Below are positions 27,684-40,170 of a stretch of 64,000 bases of DNA, piece after piece. This stretch comes from Chrysomallon squamiferum (lineage: Eukaryota; Animalia; Mollusca), in contig CM022665.1 in NCBI GenBank assembly GCA_012295275.1, positions 10,788,001-10,852,000 on the forward strand, written 5' to 3'. Every line of letters starts with the position of its first letter. The stretch's first letter is position 1. Made by a program: the position numbers and the translations under genes. The notes under the pieces are model-generated. The model ran no database searches and had not been told where the DNA came from. It worked only from the letters and a program-made list of their open reading frames with translations.

Positions 27684-29475
27684 GAACGTTTCAGTTTGGT
27701 TATTCATTACTTTATTTCTGTTTTACATATTGGAGGGATGAAGAATAATGAAAAGGGCTAGCTTAATAGTAATAATCATATGATCATTATCTTTTATTTC
27801 GATCTCAAGTTGAGGTTCTCAAATATCCACACAAAACATACTGTACAAATTAATAACGAATCAGCAAATACAAATGGCCAAAGCTTTAAAAACCCGTCTG
27901 ACTTACAGTTAACTATAATGTTTCGACATGTCAAGTCGTGTCCGTACATAAAGACTTAAGCATTTTCTTATCTCTTTCAGCTTAACACGAACACGCTATC
28001 TTATGAACCACTACATTAAAGCAAGCGTAACTTAACACCAGCATCTCTTCTTGTGATTTTTCAAAATTTGAATAATCTGTTTTTTTTTTTCTTTCTTTCA
28101 CTCTAACAAACTTTTTCTTCTTAGTCTTCTTTTTTCACATCTTTTGTAGCGATCAGATACCAACTTCGTAATGGCGTGTATCAGTAATACATGACTGTCA
28201 ACCAGTGGATAGTCTCGATTTTCCTAATCTCATGCCGTACAGTAATTAAGGAAGAATGTTAGTTTGTAACATAGCCGTCAATTTGCTCTGAGTGTGATCC
28301 GATTCATCCGGCTCACTTGGTGACATTTTCTATATCCATATCGCATTTCATCAGTTCTTGGCTTTGATGTATGGCGCTGTCTTCCTCCGGGTCCTGATTG
28401 ATGGGTGCGAATCATGGTTCTCTCTGATAAATACCTGTATACATTGCTAAATAATGAGAAATTGGAAATAATGTGACTTTTTTCATATTATTTTCTTTTT
28501 AGAAAATTACAATTTAACATGGATGAAAGATGTGTGAAAGTTTTTTTTTTTTTTTTTTTTTTTTTATATAGGTTAATATATATATATATATATAAATGTC
28601 TGAGAAGATGCGAAAGCATGAGAATAACAGCGGATTTAAAACATAATTTTTTATTATTATTATAAAGGATCCTTTTCATTATTTTAGATCAAAATGAAGT
28701 TTAAAAGTTAATTTTTCGAGAAATTCTTCTTTTTTATTTATTTCATTTTATTTTATTGAATGAATGTTTAAATTCACTATGGGAACAGGATTCGAAATAT
28801 TACTTGAGTTGACAAAAGAAATTGATACCTATGCTCGGTAAAAGAAAAATGTTTTTGTTTTCCTGTGCAGATTTTTCTTTTTTTTTTTTTTTTTTTTTTT
28901 TTTTTCTGCCTCTTTCTTTCTTTCCCAAACTTTTTACAACTTAAAAAAAAAAAAAAATCATAATAATAAATAAATAAAATTAAAAAAATATGTCTTCTTC
29001 TTTTCTTCACAGTGTCATTCGGTAACCCAGTAACACCGGATCTTTCTCTCATTTTCCTTCTCATGTTTTTAATCTGTTTGAAATTTACGATCAGTTTTGG
29101 GGCTTTCTTTTTGAACATGATACATTATTAAACAGATCGCAAAATATCGACTGCTCCGAAGCCAAACAGAGTTCGTTACTGTTCCGCGTCGTTCATTGGT
29201 CAACACGTGGAATAAGTTACGTCATAGCGGTGTCTTTCTTTGTCTGCTGCGACATCGTGCACACCGGTGGCGTTATAAGATTACAACTTGTCCTTAACAT
29301 AGCACGGTGTGAGTTTCCCGTTCTGTATTCTGTTTCTGAGAAAAAAGATAAATTACGTCATGAACGTGTTATTTCAGAAGAAAAAAAAAAGATAATGTAT
29401 ACGAAAAGAAAATTATAGGAAAACTTTGAGAAAGAATCTCAGTTGGTATTTTGTATTAATTTATATAATGTGTGC

Positions 29476-29514
<39 letters not shown>

Positions 29515-30066
29515 CAATGTAATTAATATATAAATGCGTAAATATATATTCATGCATTGGTGGATAACTTGTTTGTATGTAAATATGCAAATATGTACGT
29601 AAAGAGGTATGTAAGTACTTAACTTATTAACTGTTATTCGTGTGTTTAAGAGAAACTCCCTATAGTTCACATACTTTAACTGTCCACTGAACAAAAAATA
29701 AAACAAACTGTATTTTTGAAGGAAAAAAAAAAAAAAAAAGGACACAATAGAAAATATAAATAAAAACCAAATGAAGAGTTGAAATGACTTTTAAAGCCTG
29801 GTTTGATTTTATGTGTATGTGAAAATTAATATCGGAATTTTTGTGTACGCTCCTGCTTCTGCCCTTTTATGGAAGTCATTTTCTTCATTCTTTTTTTCTT
29901 CTTCTTCTTTTTAAAAAAATTAAAAAAAAAAAATTAAAAAAAAAATAAAAATGAAAAGAAAATGGTGTAGAAATAAAAATGGATTCGTTTTCTTTTCAGA
30001 CACTACTTTATTTGGTACCTATAGAATGATAGCTCTAATCTGGCGACATAATATTCAGAATATTTA

Positions 30067-30097
<31 letters not shown>

Positions 30098-30176
30098 GCA
30101 GCCACAACAACAATAATAATGGCAGAAAAAGGTGAAGGCATAGGAATAAGAATATCAGTTGTAAACAGCAGTAGTG

Positions 30177-30224
<48 letters not shown>

Positions 30225-30331
30225 ATATAGTGGTGTAGTAGTAGTAACAGCAGTACTAGAAACATGTATATAATAATCACATTAAAATGTTTTCTAATTT
30301 ATTTTTGATTTATTTTTTTTTTCACTTACAG

Positions 30332-32319
30332 ATCTGCTGGACTCGACTTCACCGGTTCCTATAATTATTTGTGACTGGTGTCAGAAAAACGGATCAAAGC
30401 TATTCACGTTGAAGACTGCTTCTGGGAACAAGGCGTTTTGTAGTGAGCTGTGTTTTAACCAGTGCAGGCGAGCCTCGTTCAAAAAGAATAAAATCTGCGA
30501 CTTCTGTAAGCACGTACGACCCACTGTGAACTACGTCGAGTTTCAAGAAGGAGAAGTTCAGCTGCAGTTCTGCAGCAAGAAATGCCTGGGACAGTACAAG
30601 ATGAAAATCTTCAGTGAAACGATCAGAAATGCCAATAAAGGCAACGAAGCTGTGCAGACTATGTCTCACGACATGACAGACAGACAGATTCTCATAACTC
30701 CTGACCTGTGGCTGGCGGACGGCAAAGAAAAGGACTCTTCTGCAGACAGCAAGACAGAAACATCCGAAGAGAAAAGTGAACGGCATCAGCAACAGCAGCA
30801 CCACCGACATGTTACTGACAGAAAGAGTTCGTCTTACAGGAAGACAGAAATGTCCATTAAAGATCGTTTTGCGAGAGATGAGGAGAACATCCAGCAAGCG
30901 ATTCGTGAATCAAAGGAAATGTGTTCTTCTAGTCCATCTAACAAAAGCAAAATTTCACCGATTAAAATTCCAGGGAATCCAGTCTCCTTTTCTCCTGAAC
31001 ATATGATGAGGTTTCCTCCTCCAGGAGGAAATTTACCACCTGGTCATGCTCCAAGACCTCTGAATCCACTTTTGATGTCATCACTCTTTGGTCCTCAGAT
31101 TGCTGATTATGACGTCTCAGCACATGATTCACACGGTTTTGCAAAATCAGCCAAGGATAAACCTTCACGAAAACCTCCAGGCTTGACTGTATCTTCACCA
31201 GAAACGTCACCATCTTCCTCTGTAACCTCGCCTAACACATATGGAATGCCTACAGCTTCAAGCAATGTGTCATCACAAATACCTGCGGCAGCAGCTTTCC
31301 CACAAATGTTTAATCCAGCCATGTTTCCTTTCGCCATGACACCATTTTCAATGCCTCCGATGATGCCAAGCGACCCAGCGGTTCCTGGAGCACCATTCTG
31401 GCCACATATGAATTTATTTAGTCCTGCACCAACGGCGTTTCCTCCTGGTGGTGGATTTCTGTCTCAGTGTAGTGGGGTACCACCGGTCACTGTTATGGTT
31501 CCATTTCCCATAATTCTGCCTGTGCCAGTTCCAATACCATTACCTTTACCAATAACGAAAGAAAAACTGGAGAAATATTTCGCTGAAAAGAAAGCTGAAG
31601 CAGCGAAAAGTAGCCAAAGTTCCGAACGAATGCCTGGCAGTGTTGACAGATGTGAGTCATCACATATTTCTTCGGATGAAATTTCTGAGAGTCCTGTGTC
31701 ACATCTTCCCCAGCACTGTATCGCTAAAGGTTGCGTGGAATGTGCTGACTGTCAAGACAAACAGCGAGCTGAATCAGCAGACCTCGTTCTGCACATCAGA
31801 CGAAAAAGAGCAGGATTAAATGCACTGGATTCAACTTACTCTATTAAACGATCATCAACACCTACAGCCAGCATGGAACAGTCATACTCTGGTTACTCCA
31901 TGGCTAAAAAACCCAAACTAGAACCTAAAAGTGACAGCGACGGAGCAATAGACCTGTCGGTGGATAGCACCACGCAGAGTCGAGAAGCAGCAAGCAAAGA
32001 CAGTCACATCGTTTCGTCCAGTGATGATCGATTGCCTGCAGAAACTCGTGATGTGGAATCCAGAGGTGATCCGTTGAAGATGACTCTCAAAGTTCCTCGA
32101 ATTCACATCGTTTCAACCGTCAGCGATCCACCTTTAACACAACAGCTACCGTTACCTCCTACAGAGCATGCATACTCCTTAAGGAGAAGTCTCATTCTTG
32201 ATGCCCCTGCCCCTCCAAAGAAGGCGCCGAGTCCGTTTCAAGAGAGACCCTATGTTCGTTCTATCCCTCGAGATATGCTCGAGGCAGCTAGACGCCGAGC
32301 GAGAATCAGAACGAAGTAA
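30332..32319 (+). CDS. SOBP: SOBP large terminal exon: two FCS zinc fingers, proline-rich box, basic C-terminus
   Basis: TTACAG| acceptor, phase 1. Encodes ICDWCQKNG...FCSELCFNQCRRASFKKNK-ICDFCKHVRPTVNYVEFQEGEVQLQFCSKKCLGQYKMKIF, matching SOBP CAWCQK...FCSEKCFAACRRAYFKRNK and CDWCKHIRH...LQFCSAKCLNQYKMDIF. The PPVTVMVPFPIILPVPVPIPLPLP box is present. TAA stop at 32317-32319. The two exons give 734 aa. Confidence 0.95.
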
Positions 32320-33324
32320 AAGTCATTCTGGTCATCGGTTTTATTTTACTTTGAACTATCTAGATTGTCTCTACGATTTATTAATACAATAACTCCTGCC
32401 ATGGAATATTTGAGTCAAATATTTCAGTGTCTCTGTGTTAATATATATATGTTTTAAATATGTAGATAACAGAAGAAATCCTTTGATGACTATTGTGAAT
32501 TAATAACGTTATAAGTTGTTATTTTGATCTGTATATTTATGTAACTTTGAAATAAGATTAAAACTTATTATAGCTTTTCATCGTCGAAGAAATTACTGGC
32601 GTATCGTAATTACTTATAGTAACTGTGTAAAATGTGAACTAATGTCTCTAATTCTTGATTTGTAACAATTGTCTGTTACAATCAAAGTACTTCATATTTT
32701 AAAATTCGTTGAAACAGCAAGTATTTGATTGTTGCGAATTTGTTATTGTTTTTGTGTGGGTAATCTTTTTTTTTTTTTTTTTTTTTTTTGTGGGATATTT
32801 TTTGTGGGTTTTTTTTATTGTTTTTTATTTTTATTCTTCTTTTTGTTATTTTTGTGGAGGGTTTTGGGGGGAGGTGCCTATTTCTTCTCGTATTCTTTTT
32901 TTTTTTTTTTTTTTTTTCTCTTTAGAAATAATATCTTTTTATGTCTGACCCTAATGTGCTGTTAATTTTTCTGTTTTTAATTTTAGTTTTATTGCTCTTC
33001 TATTTTGGATTTGTTGTTTTGTGTAATGTTTTTAAATAATTAAATGTAATACGAGTAAAATAATGGAATTTACAGTTTGTAACAAGATATTTTTAGTGAA
33101 AAATGATACTTTTATATTTTTCTAATTTTTGTGGCAATTCTGTAAGAGCACTAGTTTAATATTTCACGAAGACAACAGGTCAGAATAAATCTATGAAATA
33201 TAGGCTTTGGCTACAAATATCCAATGGTTTACTGACCATTGTATGTAACATGGCCATAAAGGTATATTTTAAATTTTTGTAATTAAAAGAGATGTATTAT
33301 TTTATTGTGTAGACTAATATACAA

Positions 33325-33605
33325 TAATCAAAAGTCCGATTGCCTCTCACTTTCTTAAATAAATACTTAATTCTCAAAGTCTGATTTGCCTTTGAATTTC
33401 TTAGTAAATCGTTTAAGTCCAGTGTGCCTCATAGTTTTTTGAACGGCAGTGAATAACAGTAAATCGTCAAAGACCAATATATCTGAGAATTTTGTTTTAA
33501 AGACATTAAATTAATACTAAATCTTTGGCGTTTATCAAGCGACATTAAATTAATAATAAATCGTCAAAGTCCAATATACCTTGAAATTTTTTAAACGACA
33601 TGAAA
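33325..33605. repeat. Degenerate 40-60 bp tandem repeat downstream of the SOBP stop
   Basis: About 5 units with an AAATCGTCAAAGTCCAATAT/AAAGTCCGATTGCCT core. Confidence 0.65.
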
Positions 33606-34579
33606 TTGGGGTCACCTCACTGTGCCCGCACCTATTGTTATATATTACTAATTAATACTGAATTTTTTTATATTTTTTTTAAAGCGGTGTTAAATGAGGA
33701 CTTGACAGTATTGTAAACACATACATCCTCTGTTTGTCAGTGATCGTTGTGTTTCGGTGTATATTGTGGAACATCTGTTTCCCTAAAACCAGGCGGCCCA
33801 TGTAATTGAATTTAGATTAAATAACTAATATATAGCTTTTCTCTTACATTCATTCACCTTGTAAAATACTTTATTTATGGTGTGACTTTAAACGTACAAA
33901 CTGTATTAATTTAAAATTGTAATTTTACCCGAACAATTTTGTAATAGTTTAGGCTCGTGTTTTGGTATAATTGTTACGAAAACGTCATTTTTTAATTTTA
34001 TTTATTTATTTATTTTTTTTTTTGTGTGAATTGTTTTAACATTTAATTTGTACTGTAGTGTTTAATTTACCTTCTGTCTGTGCCAGATATGTTGTTATTT
34101 GTGTTACATATACACATGTGCACGCACACAAATGCCTACGTACATACATACACACACACACACACATACACACAATATATATATACATACACATATATAC
34201 ATAGATACACACATTTACATACTTGCACACACACACCCCACACATATACACATATTGATATTTTAATGAAAAATGCAGTACATGAATTAATTCAAACCTG
34301 CTGAATTGTCCTCGTTTGAGGTATGCGTAATCTTTATCTAAGATTTTTACAAGTATGCCTATCATGGGCACAGCTTCTGAATTCTTGACTATTTGTCCAA
34401 ACCAGGGCTGAGATGTATTTAATTTTATTATTAACTATTTATTATTATTACTTGTGCTTGTACAATGTTGTTTGGGATATTTTATCTCCTTAATTTACGA
34501 AATTTATTAAATTCACATACTGTCATTTATTTGATCTGCAGTCGTGGGACAGTTATTAAAAAAAACAAAATGGATGCAG

Positions 34580-34618
<39 letters not shown>

Positions 34619-35072
34619 TTATTATTTTTTTCTTTTCACGATTTTTATGAAGATGATAAAAGAGACATCATTATAATTAAATTTGCAGACATGTTTATCG
34701 TTTTAAATGCTTAGCGCAATTTTTACTATTAATACGGTAAAAGCAAAACCGTTAATAAACGGAAAGTGCAAAGCACAATGAACTCCACCTTAACACTTAC
34801 ACATGCTCTTCCTGCCAGCTAATTTATGCAGAAAGTAGTCGAAACAAATGAAAAGAAAAGTTAGTTTGTAGAGATTTTTTTTTTTTTTTTTTTTACTGTA
34901 AAATGTTTTAAAGTGCGAGAGTACTGGATTTCTAAGTACAGACGTACTAGTTACAACCTGACTGTTGATTTTGGCAGGCAAGGATATTTTACATTTGTTT
35001 GTAACTAATAGCGGCAAATTAATCTTTGCTAAACACCATCTTACTTTATTCCATCCAGTTATATAACACCCC

Positions 35073-35103
<31 letters not shown>

Positions 35104-36244
35104 AAAATAATAATAATAATAATAATAATAAAAAACAAATTTCAGAAAAAAATAAAAAGTATAAAACACAAAGCAAATGAACTTGATCTCCGATTTCGAT
35201 AGCGTAGCACATATAAAAATAATTTGTTAAGAAATCTTGAAACTCCTTTTTCGCTATTTTTCACATTGTATTTATACATCTGATTATTAACCGTGGCTTT
35301 TAATAGTTTTGACTGTTAGCTCATAACAAATAGTTACAGAGCAATAAAAAATATAATAATAATAATAATAGTAATAATAATAAGATTTTGGCTGGTTATA
35401 GTTTCGATTTTTTTGCTCTGGGTCAAAAATGTATTATCATATGACTGACTCTTCACTTACATTAACGATCTTGCATCCATAAAATAAATAAATAAAGAAA
35501 GAAAGAAAGAAAGACATAATCAATATGGATGTTAGGAACGCAACCGATAAAACTTGCAACACTAATATCAAAGACAGGGTCTGCAATGATATCGAATATT
35601 CCGTCCGCCATTGTTTAGAGTTCCCGGGTACAAATTGACCTACATTGGATGAAGTTCCATTCTCAGGCAGATCAGACTTTTTTACGACATGCTATCTGCG
35701 ATACCATCTTGCATGGGATTGGAGAACGGCTCCCGTTTCACGTCAAAGGTTAAAGGGTTAAACGAAACCTTGTTTCGCAGATCGCTTCTTGCTTCTCCCT
35801 GACATTTGACGGTTCGGATCATATTTGCTGATTTAATCAGAGTTATATGATACGTTCCAAATAAGCATTGTTTGGTTAGAAACTATGGGCACAGAGGAAT
35901 CGAATTCGAGAGACCAGTTGTGTGTTGTAATATCTGTTCTTCTGTTTTATGGTTCCGAAGATCTATATGCACGCACTTCGTAACCTGTGAGGATTGCATG
36001 AACTGCTCACCTCTGTGAAGTGATATCCGAAACATATTATTTTCATTTAATTTGGCAGTCTCTGTTTTCATTTAATTTTTTTTTCCTCCCTCTCTCTCTC
36101 TCTCGCTGAATTCATTACATAATGTCACTAAGTTAAAGTTAGGTTTAGGATCTCAGTTTATACACTATTTTTATTATTACTTTTTTATTTACTTTACTTT
36201 AATTTTATTTGTTTTTCTTATTACACACTGACCCACGACTTTTA

Positions 36245-36310
<66 letters not shown>

Positions 36311-37563
36311 ACACAAAGAGAATTTATTTTATTTAATTAAATAGAATACTTATAAGGTTGTTTATTTATTTATATATTTAAGATTATGCATTTTATATAT
36401 AAGAACGTACATTCAGTTTATGTATTAATGTCACTTATGCTAAATGAATTATTTTTTTTTAATTTCTGATGTTGATGTAACTGAAGCCAGCAGATGTTAA
36501 TACAATGCATATATTTACAACAGAAAATAAATACAAAAAAATAAATAAATAAATAAATAATTAAAAAAAAATAATCCTGGCCTGTTTCTGCAAGTAAATA
36601 CACGCTAATGTCCTGCTTACAAACCAACTGTCATCAGCCTTTTATACTCTTTGTGTTCTGTCAACTGTATCCAACGAACCTTAAAAACATAAAGGTCCCA
36701 CATTATTATTATTATTACTACTACTACTACTACTACTACTACGATTAGTACTATTATTATTACTACTACTACTACTACTACTTCTACTGTTATTATTATT
36801 ATTGTTAGGAGTCATTTGTTTATTCGTTATATTTAAATAATGTACAATTACTGATTAAAATGGCGGCTTCTTTAAAAAGAAATGCTTTCTATTTGTTTAA
36901 TATGTTTGTTAAATTTCTGTAAATACTTTTTGTTTCCTGTTGTTAACAGTGTCTTTTGTGACATAAGTGTGTAAAATATTAATATATTTATTATATGTAT
37001 ATTAATTTGATATATAAAGTAATAACATTTTTAGATTTTCGTCCTTTTGTTTCATTTCGTTTCGTTTCTTTTTATTTGATTTATTATTTATATATTTTTT
37101 TTTTTTTATTATTATTGTTATTATTATTAATTTATTATTATTATTAATATTTTCATTATTATTATTATTAATATTATTATTATTTTATTAATTAATTATA
37201 ACGCATTATTATTTAAATCAATTGTGCTGTGTACATTTTGTATATTATAAATTAGTGCTAGAATTATGACTTTCCCCAAATAAACAGCTTTTAGCATTGT
37301 TTGGTTGATGTATGTATGGTACTGTGTATTTTTGTATGTGTATCTATATGTCTCACTGTCTGTGTAATTGTTTTTATGTGATACAGTCTTTACTGTTCAT
37401 ACGTGGGGGGGGTCTCCAAGTTTTAGCATTTTCAAAAACCAATTAACTTTATTTTTCGAATGTTCGAGTGTTCATATATGTGTGTAACGGTGGCATTATT
37501 ATTATTTTATTTTATTTAAAAAAAAAAATTCTTGTCTTTTCTTTCCTTTTTGCATCCATTTGT

Positions 37564-37567
<4 letters not shown>

Positions 37568-37634
<67 letters not shown>
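37568..37634. repeat. (CT)n microsatellite
   Basis: Directly visible. Confidence 0.97.
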
Positions 37635-37637
<3 letters not shown>

Positions 37638-38237
37638 GTCAGGCCTTCATACTTTAGTTAAAACAAGAGTTAAGGTCCACACATTTTACAACCATTCGCA
37701 TTTTGTAGACTTCAGTATGAAGAGAAGCTTTAACTGTTCAAATATAACTATTCGTTTGATTTGATTTGATTTTCTTTTTTCTTTCTTTCTTTTAATATTA
37801 TTTTTTTTTTTTATTTATTTATTTTTTTTTTTTTTTTTTTTTCCGTTCATATAAACTTTAGGTGCAGTCAAATTTGTAAATAAACTCTACAAATTGTTTT
37901 TCGTTAGTAAGATTATATTAAGATTTATACCCGCAATTATGTATTATTTTGACCGTAACTTAACTGTTACCTTCAAATTGTTATTGCAAAGTTCCTATGA
38001 AACATGATGTAGATATAATTTGTATTGTTTTCTGTTAGCGCAGCTTCAACCAAAAATTTTGTAACTGTGAGCTTTCGTCTCCAATAGCTAATAAAAACGA
38101 GTATTAATAATAAACATTGTCTGTTGTTTATCTACCTATATGTCTATATGTGTACATGTATTTAACTATCGCTGAATCTTGTGTTTATCACCCAGTTTGT
38201 TATCATACACGTACATATATATATACATATTATTAAA

Positions 38238-38239
<2 letters not shown>

Positions 38240-38328
<89 letters not shown>
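38240..38328. repeat. (CT)n microsatellite
   Basis: Directly visible. Confidence 0.97.
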
Positions 38329-38330
<2 letters not shown>

Positions 38331-39944
38331 TTCGATGCTTTTATTTTCTTGATGTTGTAATTAAAGAAGGAAATCAGACAGAAAAAAATAGACGAATCGA
38401 CAGCATCATTTGACAAAGCCTTTGTTCGTTACATTGTGATGAATGAATATTTTTTTTTATAAGTGTACGTTTTCGTAAAGGAATAATTTAATTACATTCT
38501 GCATACGTCTTTTTGTTGTTGTTGTTTTACGTCCATTGCTAATTACTAAGAAAGTAAGACAACAATGAAGTCCAGTTAAAAAAATATTTAGTTCTCTCCA
38601 TTTTTGTGACGTTGTGACGTCATCGCGTAGAGGAATGATCGATTCGCTCTGTTTCTTTTAGAGCTGAAATATAAAAATATTTAAAAATTTAATATTAATA
38701 ATAATAATAAAATACCGTCACTGGTAAGACACCTCATTTTAGTAAAATTTTATTTGTGTACAAGTGACAAATACATTGTTTTTATGCATAATATCAAATG
38801 AAATTCGACACAGGTAATTTTTAATATGCATCTTCCCAGAGATAAAAACTATAAAAAACAAAACAAAAAAATACAACAAAAAAACAACAACACGAACTTT
38901 GATAAACTGGACAACTAATCTAAAGCCAGCTTCATTTCTCCCAGATTTTATGACATTTTACATCGGTTGAAATATTCATTGATTCTATACCTGTACCGAA
39001 TATATTAAGGTTTATGTTGCATACATGTATATATTCCAAACACACACACAAACACACACCATCCAGAAATTGAGCTTATATATGCATGCATGCATACATA
39101 TAATTTAGTTCACACACAGATATATTTGTACAAAAGTACGTGTTCTAAAAATGTGCACATGCATAAATGTTGTAATGCATGCAGCTATTGCATATTTACA
39201 AATGTATTTGAACCTACGTGTCAGTACTTCAATAGGAAAGCCATATATTGTTTTCGTTTCATTTTGAGTATGTTTAATAAAATGATGGATGTCTACTACA
39301 AATGGATATCAATGTCAGCGTCGCCCAGTTTTTCATAAGATCATTTTTGATGGTATAGTAATCCTATAATCCTAACTGCTTATCTTACACGGCCTCAATC
39401 GACTTCTCGTCGGTTCTTTTCATACTTTTTAAAAATTAAAAATTAAAAAAGTTTGGATCCGATTGCTTTTTGTTTCAATGCACCTGTGACGTTGATTTCG
39501 TGCTGTTTTTCTTTTTTTTTTTTTAAAATGCCAAAAATAAGACAAATTTTCTTTGAATTCACATCGTGATTTATCTACGATTGGCGTCATTCAGCTGAGA
39601 AACTTAAAACCGAAATGCACAGCCTGATTGGGAAGATATACCTGAATATGACTTGTAATTCTATACGTGAAGATAAAATCGAGTAACTAACACCAGGTAG
39701 TGCAAATAATAATATCTTTGTTCAACAACACTCGTATCATGACACGATATAAGAGGTTATACGGTGTTCGTGTTGCATGCATAATGTTATGAAACGAGCT
39801 GAACCAAGGCCGAGCATTTCCAGAAGTCAGATCATATTTACTTAGGACTTAGAAACGTTATCTATTTTCCAGCAAATGGAACAACCCATCAAGTTCTTCA
39901 GTTTCAAAATCTGATGTAAGAAGCTTTAAAACCAATATTTTTAC

Positions 39945-40170
39945 TGTTAAATAATAAAGCGGTGGTTTACAGCTGCTGTTGACTGTACTTTTGTTACCTA
40001 CGTTGTAGCTGATGTTTCTTAATAATTGTTAAATAACAAAGTGGTGGTGTATAGCTGCTGGTGTTAGCTGCATCGTTGTAGCGTACGTTGGTGCTAAAGA
40101 TGTTTAATAACCACTAAATAATAAAGTAATTATTTATAATTATTGTTTTTAGCGGTATTGTTGTTGCTAC
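39945..40170. repeat. About 82-87 bp tandem duplication, 2 clear copies and a decayed third
   Basis: TGTTAAATAA(T/C)AAAG(C/T)GGTGGT.TA(C/T)AGCTGCTG...TACGTTG at 39945 and 40027. Confidence 0.8.

Noticed and set aside
30400-32106. Antisense and alternative-frame ORFs overlapping the SOBP exon (for example 165 aa at 30400-30897)
   Set aside because: Shadow ORFs of a real GC-richer exon; no recognisable motifs or splice support.
38500-39830. Possible non-autonomous DNA transposon remnants
   Set aside because: Repeat-like in character, but I could not pair termini or assign a family from the sequence alone.
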